64,000 nt of DNA from the IMG/VR virus record IMGVR_UViG_3300022839_000006, positions 124,001 to 188,000 of that record. The stretch is one strand, 5' to 3'. A model generated the notes under the pieces. It had not been told where the DNA came from, ran no database searches, and saw only the letters and a program-made list of their open reading frames with translations. The position numbers were made by a program, and so were the translations under genes. Below, one piece after another: positions 10,273 to 20,670 of the stretch; positions within the stretch are counted from its first letter, which is position 1; the number at the start of each line of letters is the position of its first letter.

Positions 10273-12498
10273 TTATGCAAAGCCTGTTTGGTCTGGCGTG
10301 ATAACCGATCTTGTGGGCGGAATGTCAATCCCGTCTTGCTCAGTTGTTGTTGCTTCTGTTGGCTGTTCAGCTGTGTCAGCCTGTTCGCCCGCAGCAGTTG
10401 GGTCGTAGTTAAAGTCTGGCGCATCAAGTTGTTGCTTTACAAGAGCAGGGTCAGAGTTCCCACCCGCCAAATCTATGATATCGTCTATGTAAACAGTAGG
10501 ACCGCTTATATGCACGTTCCCTGCACCTGTCACACGCACTTCTGAGCCTGCATTCGCATGGATTGATCCAGAACCACCATCAAGATAAAGCGTAGAAGAT
10601 TTCAGAGAAACCAGTCCGCTCGAATTGATGTTGGTAGTTGCATTTGATTCGAGCATCATATTAGCTTCAGATTTGATACTCATAAAGCTTTCTGACTTCA
10701 TGACTATTGCAGCACCTGAATTTATTCTCAGATTGCCAGTTGCTTGCAAGGATATGGTCCCTTCCCCAGAATTTAAATATAGATTCTGTGTAGGGTTAAG
10801 GAAAACATTGCCTTTTGCTTTCATGTGTAAACTATCATTGGACTCCAGATACACACCTTTTTCGCCAGTGACACTTGTCCAATCACCGCCAAGGCGCATA
10901 TTCTTCGATTTGGTATTAAACGATTCAACAGATTGCATTATAATATTCTTTTTAGCGCGAACTTGGAAGTTTTCTATATTTGCCTCGATGCCTATCGATG
11001 CGCTTCGAATGTCGGTTCTGTCTGCTGCGTTCAGTTCAAGCTTGCCAGCGCCGCCGATCATTATATTTCCATGAACTATTTGCTTGTAGTCACCTTGAAT
11101 TTCCTCAACTTTATTTCCCTTAATAAGCATGTGGCAATCACCGTCAATTGTTACAAGGTTATTCCCCTTGATATAGACGTGGTGGTTTCGATCGTGGATA
11201 TCGTAGCTGTCGCCTGTATTTTTGTTTGTTGTAGACGTTGCTGCAATTTGGATATAAGATCCGTTTTTGTGCCAGATCATAATACGTTCTGCATTTGGAG
11301 TATCGTCAAGCTCGATCGAGTGACCAGATGCAGTTTCGATGACTCTATTATAAGGGTACTGTGCTGCGTATGCTGATGCTGGTTCTTCCCACGAAGTGGT
11401 CTCGACTGTTTCTGTTGAAGAACTATCCATATATCCGCTATATGTATTATTGGTCCCTGCTTGACCTGTGCTCGCAACGTCGAACTTGGTTTCGTCACCA
11501 AAATTAATTGTTGCTAATCTTTGTGCTTCTGCTATTCTTTTTCCCATATTGGGAATTCCTGGGCGTAGATTTTGCTCAGAGAAAATACGTGCCGCCTGTA
11601 CTGGATCATTGGCGGCTGCAAGCGATCTTCCTGATCTTGCTTCTGTGGTGTTGAGTTCTTCCACTAAAAAGTCTAATTGAAAATCTACATTCGAAACAGG
11701 GACACCACGTGCACGCGCGGCAGTCTCTAATGCTACTCTGCGCGGCCCTGTCCACTGAATTAAGCCAAGGCCGCCTCTACTGCCTGCAACGGTAGGCGAT
11801 ATTTCATTTATTCCAGCATCTAATCCACTTTCAGCAACCATATTAGCAATGACACCTCTCGAGGCAGCATCTGACAGTCCTCTGCGGCGCAATCCATTAT
11901 AAACAGATTCTTCATTTGCACCGGGAGTCCCAGTTCTGCTTGTCGGTGCTTGCCCCGTCTCGCTAATATCAATTCCCCAAGCATTTCCATTTCCGATGCT
12001 GGTGTGATTTTTAATCTTACCACCGCCAATGGGGACATTCTTAACACGGTTTGTTTCAAGCGTCTCGTTATATGTCTCATTTAAAAACTCACCAGTCGCA
12101 AGTTTCGACATCGGAGATAAGCCTAAATCTCTTGGTCTTGAACCCTGTGCTTGTCTATCATAATTTTCTACTGGTATTGCTCCCCAGCCCGTCGCTGATG
12201 GGTCAATGACAGAAGTAACTTGGGTAGGTATCAAACCAAGAACCATTGGCTGCTGTGCATCTCTGCCATCTATAAAGAAACCAAATATCCAAGCATTGAG
12301 TGGAGGTATTGTAAAGTTTACATCATGACTGCCAATAATAAGTGTTGCCCAAGGAAGGTCTTCTGTTGGCACGTCTTGGTTTGACCCATGCACGCCAAAA
12401 GCTCTTACTTGCACTCTACCTTCTGCACGAGGATCTTCTCGGTTTTCAACTACGCCAATAAAGAAAAGAGGTTGAATAAAGCCAAGACCAGTGTCCAT
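10273..12498 (-). CDS. gp5: Baseplate hub/tail spike gp5 with phage tail lysozyme domain
   Basis: N-terminal OB fold (GVVENREDP..GRVQVR..G.H); central GVIANMVAESG...GLIQWTG lysozyme; YPYN...SGH.IELDDTP followed by beta-helix repeats. Confidence 0.92.
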   Translation of the reverse strand: MDTGLGFIQPLFFIGVVENREDPRAEGRVQVRAFGVHGSNQDVPTEDLPWATLIIGSHDVNFTIPPLNAWIFGFFIDGRDAQQPMVLGLIPTQVTSVIDPSATGWGAIPVENYDRQAQGSRPRDLGLSPMSKLATGEFLNETYNETLETNRVKNVPIGGGKIKNHTSIGNGNAWGIDISETGQAPTSRTGTPGANEESVYNGLRRRGLSDAASRGVIANMVAESGLDAGINEISPTVAGSRGGLGLIQWTGPRRVALETAARARGVPVSNVDFQLDFLVEELNTTEARSGRSLAAANDPVQAARIFSEQNLRPGIPNMGKRIAEAQRLATINFGDETKFDVASTGQAGTNNTYSGYMDSSSTETVETTSWEEPASAYAAQYPYNRVIETASGHSIELDDTPNAERIMIWHKNGSYIQIAATSTTNKNTGDSYDIHDRNHHVYIKGNNLVTIDGDCHMLIKGNKVEEIQGDYKQIVHGNIMIGGAGKLELNAADRTDIRSASIGIEANIENFQVRAKKNIIMQSVESFNTKSKNMRLGGDWTSVTGEKGVYLESNDSLHMKAKGNVFLNPTQNLYLNSGEGTISLQATGNLRINSGAAIVMKSESFMSIKSEANMMLESNATTNINSSGLVSLKSSTLYLDGGSGSIHANAGSEVRVTGAGNVHISGPTVYIDDIIDLAGGNSDPALVKQQLDAPDFNYDPTAAGEQADTAEQPTEATTTEQDGIDIPPTRSVITPDQTGFA

Positions 12499-13991
12499 TA
12501 CAATCCACCTACAAGTGCGCCACCAGCACTGATTCTCAAATCAGTGCTGCTCCAGTCCTTTTTCACCATGACATAGTAATTTTTCATCTCATCTTGTTCC
12601 ATTCTGTGATTTACCGATCTTACTATATACTTGCCACTTAGGTGTTTATTTCTTTCTGGAGAACTTCTGCTTGTACCATCTGCTTGTTGAAACTTCTTGA
12701 CGTCCAAATCGATAATGTCTCCAGCAGTAATGTCGAGTCGACCAGGCCCTATAGCAGATACAGTAACACTTTCAATGTGCTTTTCATATGCTTGTCTATT
12801 TGAAATTATTTCTGCATAGTAATTTTCCGAATTTAGAGAATTTGCATCACTCGACGCGTCGCCATTCTTATCATAATTTACAACCACAATGAATTTCTTC
12901 TGAATATCTTCATCGCGGCCAGTGGCTTGCAAACTTCGATGGGAAGCATCTACAAATTTGTTTGTGTGTTTATCTTGTAGCTTTTGATAACTTTCAATAT
13001 TGAAATACTTGTCACGCTCTTGGAAATAGTTATACTGGCCGTCATCATTTAGAAGATTTGTTTGTCTTCTGAGAATGTCCAATTCAATCACTTTGTTTCT
13101 ATATGCGCCGTTGTAAAGATCATCAAGACTGTTTATTCTGTGGGTATTTTCGATAGTCTCTAAGTTGTTTAGCTGAGCATCAAAAAAGTCAAGCGTATTT
13201 GGTATCGCATCATAATACGTAAAATTGAACAATCTTGTTTCATCATAGTCAGGCGTTTTTATGTCTTCCGCAAGTCGAAATAGATGTTCGTCAGTAACAA
13301 AATGGTAACCACGAGAAGACTCGAAGAATCTATATGTGCACGAGGGGCTGTTGTCAGCTGAATAGGCTCTCTTGGTAAGAAATTCCATTGCTTCTTCTGC
13401 TCTCATAGCAGGAATTATACAACGTGTTCTTCCACTTGTTTCTTCGACGATAAGATCTTTGTTGTCATACGATCTTCTGTTTAATGACTTTGAAAATGCA
13501 TCAGCACTGTTATCAAAGTAATCAGCAAAAACAATTTTTGCCATTTCTGAAATAGGGACATCGCGAAACGGGCGTGTTATTTTATAGGTGCCAGCTTTGT
13601 ATGATTGGTACGAGATGAAGTGTAGGTCGTAGTAGATGCCATCGTTTGTGTCTTTTACAGTTACATTGTCAATCTTATAGATGAAGCCAATAAATCTAAA
13701 TGGCTCAGCAACCGCACCTGTTTGAACACCACCATTCTCGTTTATGATTTTTGAATCAGCAAGTTCAAAAACAATCTGCTCTTCGCCTCTCAGCGGAGTT
13801 TCTTCAAGCAATCCAACAGAATCGATTATACGGACTGTGCCGTGCATAGTTTCACTGTTAGTAGATGAATTTAAACTAATCGAAGGGATCAAGGCTGTTA
13901 TGTCAAGATCGCGTTGACTATCATCAAATTCAAATCTAATAGTAGCTTTTTGAAGATTGTAATATGTTGGGTTGACAAACGAATCGCTCAT
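12498..13991 (-). CDS. Baseplate hub protein (gp27-like)
   Basis: Immediately upstream of gp5; YRFFES..GYHF and LSGKYIV..V.H hub motifs. Confidence 0.7.
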   Translation of the reverse strand: MSDSFVNPTYYNLQKATIRFEFDDSQRDLDITALIPSISLNSSTNSETMHGTVRIIDSVGLLEETPLRGEEQIVFELADSKIINENGGVQTGAVAEPFRFIGFIYKIDNVTVKDTNDGIYYDLHFISYQSYKAGTYKITRPFRDVPISEMAKIVFADYFDNSADAFSKSLNRRSYDNKDLIVEETSGRTRCIIPAMRAEEAMEFLTKRAYSADNSPSCTYRFFESSRGYHFVTDEHLFRLAEDIKTPDYDETRLFNFTYYDAIPNTLDFFDAQLNNLETIENTHRINSLDDLYNGAYRNKVIELDILRRQTNLLNDDGQYNYFQERDKYFNIESYQKLQDKHTNKFVDASHRSLQATGRDEDIQKKFIVVVNYDKNGDASSDANSLNSENYYAEIISNRQAYEKHIESVTVSAIGPGRLDITAGDIIDLDVKKFQQADGTSRSSPERNKHLSGKYIVRSVNHRMEQDEMKNYYVMVKKDWSSTDLRISAGGALVGGL

Positions 13992-14239
13992 TCACGAAGA
14001 GACCTTCTAAATTCTTCGACAATTTGATTGCGATATACTTTATCAATCAAAATAATCTCGCGTTTGTTCTCGTTCATCTGCCTTTCAAAATCATACAACC
14101 GGATTGGCTTCCACTCATCTGGTATAATCTGCCGAATGGTTATTCTTCTACCTTCTTCAGTCAGAAGAACAACTTCATCCTCTTTTCGCAAGAAAAGTGT
14201 TCTAAACGATTCGGGGCTAATTCTTACAACATCTGTCAT
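13988..14239 (-). CDS. gp53 C-terminal part (separate ORF)
   Basis: LYDFERQMNENKREIILID matches the usual gp53 C-terminus; ATGA overlap with the upstream part; AAGGA SD. Confidence 0.65.
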   Translation of the reverse strand: MTDVVRISPESFRTLFLRKEDEVVLLTEEGRRITIRQIIPDEWKPIRLYDFERQMNENKREIILIDKVYRNQIVEEFRRSLRE

Positions 14240-14625
14240 TTTACTACATCCTTATAGTAGTATACAATATTATCAGTTCTTTCTTCGTCCTGAGCCCACG
14301 ATATAACATCATACGTGCCACCAGTAGTTCTTGATATATCTGCGTATTTATTGGCAAAGTATTGATTGAATTCTCTTTCGTCCATTACCCATTTTGTATA
14401 GGGATCTGTAATGCCATTCGAAAGCATTACTAACCAAGTATCATCTACTGACCCGTAATAATTTTGAGCAATGTCTTCTGGTTTCTCTCCTTCCCTCACT
14501 GTGTATGGCAAAAAGATGTAGGGATCTTTTAGTAAATCATCAATGATTTTGCTGCGCCTTGTTATGTCTGTAATTGTTTTACCGTCATATTGTATCAGGG
14601 GAAAATTTGCAAAGTATTTTGACAT
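14236..14625 (-). CDS. gp53: Baseplate wedge gp53, N-terminal (LysM-like) part
   Basis: MSKYFANFP...YTVREGEKPEDIAQNYYGS...WLVMLSN.I.DP. Confidence 0.85.
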   Translation of the reverse strand: MSKYFANFPLIQYDGKTITDITRRSKIIDDLLKDPYIFLPYTVREGEKPEDIAQNYYGSVDDTWLVMLSNGITDPYTKWVMDEREFNQYFANKYADISRTTGGTYDVISWAQDEERTDNIVYYYKDVVK

Positions 14626-15581
14626 TAAGTGGATCCTACTCGTCCAGGGAACGTTGGATTGTTGCCAGATGAATTTACATTCGTGCTTGTTGCACCGTAA
14701 TCTTCCGCCGTGTGGATGTCTGATTCGATTACAGTCATTTGCATTTGAACAGCAGCAGGTCTTCCACCACGCAACACAGCATTTCCGTTTGGTGTGAAGT
14801 TTGAGGAAAACGTTTGAACCATTGCTGTTTTAAAATAGAAATAGTGTCCTGGGTCGATGCCGACAAAGAACATATCAACCATCGCAGGATATTTAAACAT
14901 TGCTCTTTGAACTACAGAAGTATTTACGTATTGAGGCAGCATATTCTTTTTAATTGTATCTGATATTTGTTGCAAATTAAAAGATTCCTCAGCGCTTTTG
15001 GGTGCAAGAGTCCAATCAAAACTGTGGGTTTTCATTTCCACGCCATCGAATGACAGCGCAGCTTTTGGGTTTACGAATGTCCCGGTTCCAGCATCTATAT
15101 TCCTACCTTGATTTGAAAACACTCCGTCAATGCCCTTTCTTGCAAGGAAAGCAATGTCCTTAGATAAATTGCCAGCAATTTCCTGCAAATTGTTACCCTG
15201 AATGCCGGGAATGTTCTTGAGAGCACCTTTTACTATTGCGCCCGATAGGTTACCAAGGCCTAGATCTTCCACATCGATTTCTGACAGAAGGCTCGAAACG
15301 ACGTCTCCAGCGGTGCCTTGGTCAAATCTCTGAATGCGGACGTTAAATGTATCTGATATATTTGCGGGTAGTGGCAAGAAGATTGTATCAGTAGATCTTG
15401 TACCGGCGCTTACCAATTGAGAAAACCCTCTTTCAGAAGACGTCCGATATTGATATTCTCTGAACATAAGTAGAATACCATAATCATTATCTTCGATCGG
15501 AAAGTTAAGATTTTTAGGTGCGTTTTTTGCTGCCCTAAATAATTCTTCTTTTATCGGTTTAAAATTTGAACCGTTAGGCAT
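14625..15581 (-). CDS. gp48: Baseplate tail-tube cap gp48
   Basis: IFLPLP, NP....F.GV..KTHSFDW.LAPKS..ES, F.YP motifs; synteny. Confidence 0.85.
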   Translation of the reverse strand: MPNGSNFKPIKEELFRAAKNAPKNLNFPIEDNDYGILLMFREYQYRTSSERGFSQLVSAGTRSTDTIFLPLPANISDTFNVRIQRFDQGTAGDVVSSLLSEIDVEDLGLGNLSGAIVKGALKNIPGIQGNNLQEIAGNLSKDIAFLARKGIDGVFSNQGRNIDAGTGTFVNPKAALSFDGVEMKTHSFDWTLAPKSAEESFNLQQISDTIKKNMLPQYVNTSVVQRAMFKYPAMVDMFFVGIDPGHYFYFKTAMVQTFSSNFTPNGNAVLRGGRPAAVQMQMTVIESDIHTAEDYGATSTNVNSSGNNPTFPGRVGST

Positions 15582-15595
15582 TTTGTTCCCATCGT

Positions 15596-15626
15596 TATAA
15601 ATAACTATTGACTAGTTCTATTTATA
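15596..15626. promoter_or_regulatory. Two oppositely oriented T4-type late promoters
   Basis: TATAAATA at 15596-15603 (+, toward gp4) and TATAAATA on the minus strand at 15619-15626 (toward gp48). Confidence 0.85.
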
Positions 15627-15641
15627 CAGAAAGATAAAAAT

Positions 15642-16106
15642 TTGGCATATAGTGGAAGGTTTCGCCCGAAAAATCCTGGCAAATACAAGGGCGATCCAAC
15701 AAAGATTACTTATCGATCTTTGTGGGAATTAAAGGTATTTCGCAGATGTGATGAACATCCTGATATAGTTGAATGGCAATCTGAAGAGATTGCCATACCA
15801 TATATGAATCCGGTCAAAGGCAAAACAAGTAGATATTTTCCAGACATCGTGATTAAGAAGCGCGTATCTGCGGATAAATACCATATGATAATGATTGAAA
15901 TAAAACCTAAGAGCCAGACTAAACCGCCAGATCCTTCTGGAAGAAACAAGACAGCAACAGGTAGAGTATCACGGCGGTACATAAACGAAGCTGCAACTTA
16001 TGCGGTCAATGAAGCAAAATGGAACGCAGCGGAAAGATATTGTAGAGAACGCAATTGGACTTTTCATATTATGACAGAAGATGAAATTAAACCACTAGGG
16101 AAGTAA
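15642..16106 (+). CDS. gp4: Head completion nuclease gp4
   Basis: AYSGRFRPKNP.KY.GD...I.YRS.WE and RYFPD...IEIKP (PD-ExK); TTG start. Confidence 0.93.
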   Translation: MAYSGRFRPKNPGKYKGDPTKITYRSLWELKVFRRCDEHPDIVEWQSEEIAIPYMNPVKGKTSRYFPDIVIKKRVSADKYHMIMIEIKPKSQTKPPDPSGRNKTATGRVSRRYINEAATYAVNEAKWNAAERYCRERNWTFHIMTEDEIKPLGK

Positions 16107-16108
16107 AA

Positions 16109-16705
16109 ATGGCAGCATCACTATTCGATGACATTCTATTAAAAGGACTTCGGTCAGGTCAAGTGCCTGCTCGGTCGGAGTCAGCGCGTACTTGGTTTAG
16201 AGACAAAGCAAAATCCATGGGTAAAGTATCAGAAACAAAAATTCTGAGAGATGATACTTCAAGATTGAAAAATCGTTCTGCTATAGGTAAAATGTATTTC
16301 TTCATGTATGACGCAAAGCATAAGAAAACACTTCCTTACTATGATGCGTTTCCGCTTATTTTTCCAGTTGATAGAGTCGAAGGCGGATTTTACGGACTTA
16401 ACATGCATTACCTGCCTCTGAAATTAAGAGCACAGCTAATGGACGCGCTGTACGACATAGCAAGTAATAGCAGATATGATCAAAGTACAAAGCTAAAACT
16501 CTCATACAGTGTTCTAAAAGGCGCTGAAAAATTTAAGATATTTCAGCCTACATTCAAACGATATTTGAGCAGTAACGTAAGAAGTAGATTCGTAGAAGTA
16601 GAGTCTGCAGAGTGGGACATTGCACTATTTCTCGGTTCGGAGCAATTCGTCGGCGCATCGAAAACAAAAGTCTGGGCAGATTCTAGAAAAATAATAAAAG
16701 GTTAA
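16109..16705 (+). CDS. gp2: DNA end protector gp2
   Basis: YDAKHK.TLPYYD.FPL and GLN.HYLP motifs. Confidence 0.93.
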   Translation: MAASLFDDILLKGLRSGQVPARSESARTWFRDKAKSMGKVSETKILRDDTSRLKNRSAIGKMYFFMYDAKHKKTLPYYDAFPLIFPVDRVEGGFYGLNMHYLPLKLRAQLMDALYDIASNSRYDQSTKLKLSYSVLKGAEKFKIFQPTFKRYLSSNVRSRFVEVESAEWDIALFLGSEQFVGASKTKVWADSRKIIKG

Positions 16706-16710
16706 TATAG

Positions 16711-17421
16711 ATGTTCAACATCTCAGAGTTTAAAGCAAGAATAGACCGTCACGGCGGTCCTGCTCGCACGAGTTTGTTTGAGGTGGCTATATCACCAACG
16801 AATAGACGCGGGGAACTAATCGTCCCTGGAGTTATTTCGACGGATGACCTTCGTTTCTTTTGTCAGACTGTATCCATGCCAGGCATCAACCTAGAGGTAA
16901 TGCCGTATAGACCAAATGGCTTGGGTTTTACCGAATCAATGCCAATGAACTCGTCTCCCGACCAATTAAATGCGGTATTCATGCTTGATAGTAATCAGCG
17001 TGTTATGACTTATTTTCATCGTTGGATAGCATCAGTTGTAAACGTGAATGGGAACAGAGGAGACAGTGTAACAGGACTTGCACCTAAGCTCATTGAATAT
17101 AAAGATACATATGCTGCATCTGAATTGACCATTAGACACTATTCCACGCATAACCCGTTTGAATATTATGAATGTCGCTACGAGGGTGTGTTTCCTACTC
17201 AAGTCGGCGCACTTGAGTTAAGTTGGGCTGGCGACGGCGCAGCAACAATAACCGTAAATTTCACATACAACAGAATGGTGTATTCTGGGTTTACAGAGTC
17301 GAATGTTGACGTGTCGTCCAGTTTTGTTGGGACACAAGGCTCTACAATAAGAGGCAATAACTTGGCTCAGACAATACAAGACTTCAACACGAGATCGGTT
17401 GATTTACTTACAACAGTATAA
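16711..17421 (+). CDS. Tail tube initiator (gp54/gp19-like)
   Basis: Tube-fold motifs C...MPG and FP..VG.L.L.W; follows gp2. Confidence 0.75.
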   Translation: MFNISEFKARIDRHGGPARTSLFEVAISPTNRRGELIVPGVISTDDLRFFCQTVSMPGINLEVMPYRPNGLGFTESMPMNSSPDQLNAVFMLDSNQRVMTYFHRWIASVVNVNGNRGDSVTGLAPKLIEYKDTYAASELTIRHYSTHNPFEYYECRYEGVFPTQVGALELSWAGDGAATITVNFTYNRMVYSGFTESNVDVSSSFVGTQGSTIRGNNLAQTIQDFNTRSVDLLTTV

Positions 17422-17447
17422 TTACAACATAAAGGATACTACATATT

Positions 17448-18149
17448 ATGGCACTACCTAAAATTGAGCTTCCAGTCTACCAATGTGAATTACCATCAAC
17501 AGGCAAGAAGGTCAAATTCCGCCCATTTACCGTTAAGGAGGAAAAGATACTGTTGACTGCTCAAGAGTCAAAGGAAACTGAGCAAATATTACTGTCTATT
17601 AAACAGATTCTGACTAACTGTATTGTTGATAAAGACGTGGCCGAGCTTGCTATTTTTGACGTTGAATATTTGCTTATTCAACTTAGATCAAAATCAGTCG
17701 ACAACAGAGTTGAATTTGAGATAACAGATCCTGCAACAGAAGAAAAGATTAAACTTGAACTTGACCTAGGAACAGTAAAGGTAGAGCACAACAAAGAGCA
17801 TACGGATAAGATTGTGATTTCCGAACAATATACACTGTTTCTAAAGTATCCAACCATTGACGACTTTGAAACACTGATGTCGAAAGAAGAGCCAACTGCG
17901 GAAGATAGCTACCAGTTAATGATTTCTTGCCTTGACAAACTTGCATCAGAAGATGAAGTTTTTAACTTTAAAGATTTTCCCAAAGAGGAAATTGACGAAT
18001 TCGTTGAAAGTCTGCACAGTGATACGATCAAAAAAATAAAGACATTCTTTGATACAATGCCTAAAGTCCGCCACGAAATAAAATATAAAAACTCTAAGGG
18101 CGACTCGAACATATTTGTGATGGAAGGAACCCAAACTTTTTTTATCTGA
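17448..18149 (+). CDS. gp26: Baseplate hub assembly protein gp26
   Basis: MALPKI..P.Y...LPSTGK.VKFRPF.VKEEK.LL. Confidence 0.92.
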   Translation: MALPKIELPVYQCELPSTGKKVKFRPFTVKEEKILLTAQESKETEQILLSIKQILTNCIVDKDVAELAIFDVEYLLIQLRSKSVDNRVEFEITDPATEEKIKLELDLGTVKVEHNKEHTDKIVISEQYTLFLKYPTIDDFETLMSKEEPTAEDSYQLMISCLDKLASEDEVFNFKDFPKEEIDEFVESLHSDTIKKIKTFFDTMPKVRHEIKYKNSKGDSNIFVMEGTQTFFI

Positions 18150-18325
18150 TGTTGAGCCATACAAGTTTGTCGATATATTACCAAAAAATATTTTCCATGG
18201 CTCAACACCATAAATATAGTATTACAGAATTAGAGGCAATGTTACCGTACGAGAGGGACATTTATTTTGAATTGTTAATTGATTTCATAGAAAAACAAAG
18301 AGAAGAACAAAGGAATCGAAGCTAA
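18149..18325 (+). CDS. gp51: Baseplate hub assembly catalyst gp51 (58 aa, below the ORF-track cutoff)
   Basis: Manual translation MLSHTSLSIYYQKIFSMAQHHKYSITELEAMLPYERDIYFELLIDFIEKQREEQRNRS; overlaps the gp26 stop and the next start. Confidence 0.9.
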   Translation: MLSHTSLSIYYQKIFSMAQHHKYSITELEAMLPYERDIYFELLIDFIEKQREEQRNRS

Positions 18326-20103
18326 TGGCGGAAGCAACTCTACAGAATGTCATTCAACATATGAAGGTAGAAGGTCAGCTGGTGCGAAACACTGGCACAA
18401 ATTCTATCAGATCGGTAAAAATTGAACTGCAGAGTATCTACAAAACTGTGTTCGAACAGACCGCAATTCTGCAACAGATGTTGGACCTTACGAAAGTTGA
18501 TTCAGAGGCGGCAGAGCGACGCAGGCAGACTGCACAGGCAGATACGTCTAATGTTGTACCACAAATGGTTGCACCTCCTGTGGTACAACCTGTCACTTCT
18601 TCTATGTCAAGCGACTCTGCGCTCATGTCAGCAATATCCAGTCTTAAAGGCGTAGGTATTCTTGCGGGCTCGATGGCACTAGGTCTGGGAACTGCATTAG
18701 GCTTGGTCTCAGGACAATTAAAGGCAATAAGAATCTTAATTCCCGGTCTTAATTCTACAATTGCTTCTATATCAAAATTCTTTTCTGATTTTAAAGCAAA
18801 CCTTACAAGTAAAATTACAAGCATTACAACTATCACTGGAAAGATATTTGACGGCGCATTGTCATTCATAAAGAACACTTTTTCATTAGGCGACAATTCA
18901 GGTATAGCTAAGGTTCTTGTGCCAATAAAAAATTATTTAAGCGACGCTGTAAAAATGTTTACAGGTATAGGTAAAACACTGGGCAGCATTTTTAGTTTTG
19001 TGGGCAAATGGTCAATTACATTTAAAGCGCTAAAAGGCAGTTTTGGCCTGATAGGATCAGCAATAGGGTCCATCGGAAAGGTAGCAGGAAAACTATTTGC
19101 TCCTATAGCTATAATCACAACAGCATTCGACACGATAAAAGGCGCACTTGACGGCTTTGCTTCTGGTGGTATTCTTGGAGGTATACAAGGCGCAATCACT
19201 GGGTTTGTAACATCATTAATTACAGTTCCGTTAGATTTGATAAAGAATGCTGTGGCATGGGTATTAGGCAAATTTGGCTTCGAAGGTGCATCAGAGGTTC
19301 TAAAAGGTTTTAGTTTTACAGACCTATATAAAGAATTAATAGGCTCGATATTCTCTGGCGTAGAAGGTGTGATAAATTTTGTTAAGGATCTGTTTACAAG
19401 TCTTATTGACGGCGCATTTTCTGGTATTAATATGGCAATAGATTTTGTAAAAGGTATCTTTGGATTTGATACGAGTGAAGAACCATTCAAACTTCAAGAC
19501 TGGATTATGTCTAAGGCAACAGAAATTTTTGAATGGATAGGTAAACTCTTCTCATTCCTTCCTTCAGTAGAGGAAATAAAGAATACTCTCATGTCTTATC
19601 TGCCCGAGTGGATGCAACCAGATTCTATTAATGCGCAACGAGACTCAATCTCCAATCAAATTTCCCAGCAAAGAGCATACATGTCAAGTGGCGATATGCG
19701 TGACTGGAAAGGCAAAAGCAGAGAAAATATAGTACAGGAGCTAGAAGATCAGAAGTCCCTATTGCCAGGATATAGCACAGGCACTCGAGGATTTGTCGAT
19801 TTTGGTGTCGGTTCTCCTGCTATGCTTCACGGCATAGAGGCTGTGGTTCCTAGAAACACTGCTGCGGGCTTGTTTCTTGCCAACAACTTTGATAAGAACT
19901 ATGCTCCGATTTCAAAGAACATTGCAAACGTATCAACTGCTGCAATACAGGCGTCTGGCGCTGCACCGATTGTAATTGCAAATGCGCCAACCATTGCCCC
20001 AGTGACCAATAACGTGCGAGGAGCAACTAACTATAGCAACCAACGGATAACTGCTATGGGCAGTGGTTCTAGTGGTTCTGGCCTAGGCAGGTTTGCAAAT
20101 TAA
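18325..20103 (+). CDS. Tape measure protein (gp29-like)
   Basis: 592 aa of Gly/Ala/Phe-rich amphipathic helical repeats, directly after gp51. Confidence 0.75.
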   Translation: MAEATLQNVIQHMKVEGQLVRNTGTNSIRSVKIELQSIYKTVFEQTAILQQMLDLTKVDSEAAERRRQTAQADTSNVVPQMVAPPVVQPVTSSMSSDSALMSAISSLKGVGILAGSMALGLGTALGLVSGQLKAIRILIPGLNSTIASISKFFSDFKANLTSKITSITTITGKIFDGALSFIKNTFSLGDNSGIAKVLVPIKNYLSDAVKMFTGIGKTLGSIFSFVGKWSITFKALKGSFGLIGSAIGSIGKVAGKLFAPIAIITTAFDTIKGALDGFASGGILGGIQGAITGFVTSLITVPLDLIKNAVAWVLGKFGFEGASEVLKGFSFTDLYKELIGSIFSGVEGVINFVKDLFTSLIDGAFSGINMAIDFVKGIFGFDTSEEPFKLQDWIMSKATEIFEWIGKLFSFLPSVEEIKNTLMSYLPEWMQPDSINAQRDSISNQISQQRAYMSSGDMRDWKGKSRENIVQELEDQKSLLPGYSTGTRGFVDFGVGSPAMLHGIEAVVPRNTAAGLFLANNFDKNYAPISKNIANVSTAAIQASGAAPIVIANAPTIAPVTNNVRGATNYSNQRITAMGSGSSGSGLGRFAN

Positions 20104-20133
20104 AAAAGGAGCCTTCAGAAGGCTCCTTTTGTT
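20103..20133. terminator. Bidirectional intrinsic terminator
   Basis: AAAAGGAGCCTTC-A-GAAGGCTCCTTTT inverted repeat with A/T tails between convergent genes. Confidence 0.9.
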
Positions 20134-20154
20134 TCGATTGCGTTGAGATAGGTG

Positions 20155-20670
20155 TTATTCTACTCCCGTCGAACCCAAACCGCCTTCGCGGTCAGTCTTT
20201 TGAGTCGGACGTGACAAACGCTCTGTGAGTTTGCACTTATCCCTATCGATCTTCTGCAACTGTGCTTGGGCAATTCTATCGCCTGCATATATTGTAATCG
20301 GCGTATCGCTTGCATTGTAGACCATTACGTATGTAGGATCAATGTAGTCCGAATCGATAACACCAACACCGTTTGCAAGCATCAGTCCATATTTTAGAGC
20401 CATGCTTGAACGAATGTAGATCTTCATCTCGTGATATTTGGGGATATCAAATATCAAACCTGTAGGGACAAGAGTTCTGAACGATGCGTGAAGCTGAATA
20501 GAAGGTTTGCCACCTGCAATTCTAACTGGTAGTTGCATAGTTTTGTTGTGAGGATTGTATGCTGTAACTTTGTCTTCCAGATCAAAACATGCACGAAGAT
20601 CAAAACATGCTGACCCTTCTGTTGCAAATTCGGGGATTACAGCTGACTCTTTATCACGAAATATTCTCAT
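20155..20670 (-). CDS. dut: Trimeric dUTPase
   Basis: ACFDL, IRSS, GVIDSDY, DRIAQ, R.GG.GSTG motifs; likely start MRIFRDK at 20670. Confidence 0.93.
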   Translation of the reverse strand: MRIFRDKESAVIPEFATEGSACFDLRACFDLEDKVTAYNPHNKTMQLPVRIAGGKPSIQLHASFRTLVPTGLIFDIPKYHEMKIYIRSSMALKYGLMLANGVGVIDSDYIDPTYVMVYNASDTPITIYAGDRIAQAQLQKIDRDKCKLTERLSRPTQKTDREGGLGSTGVE

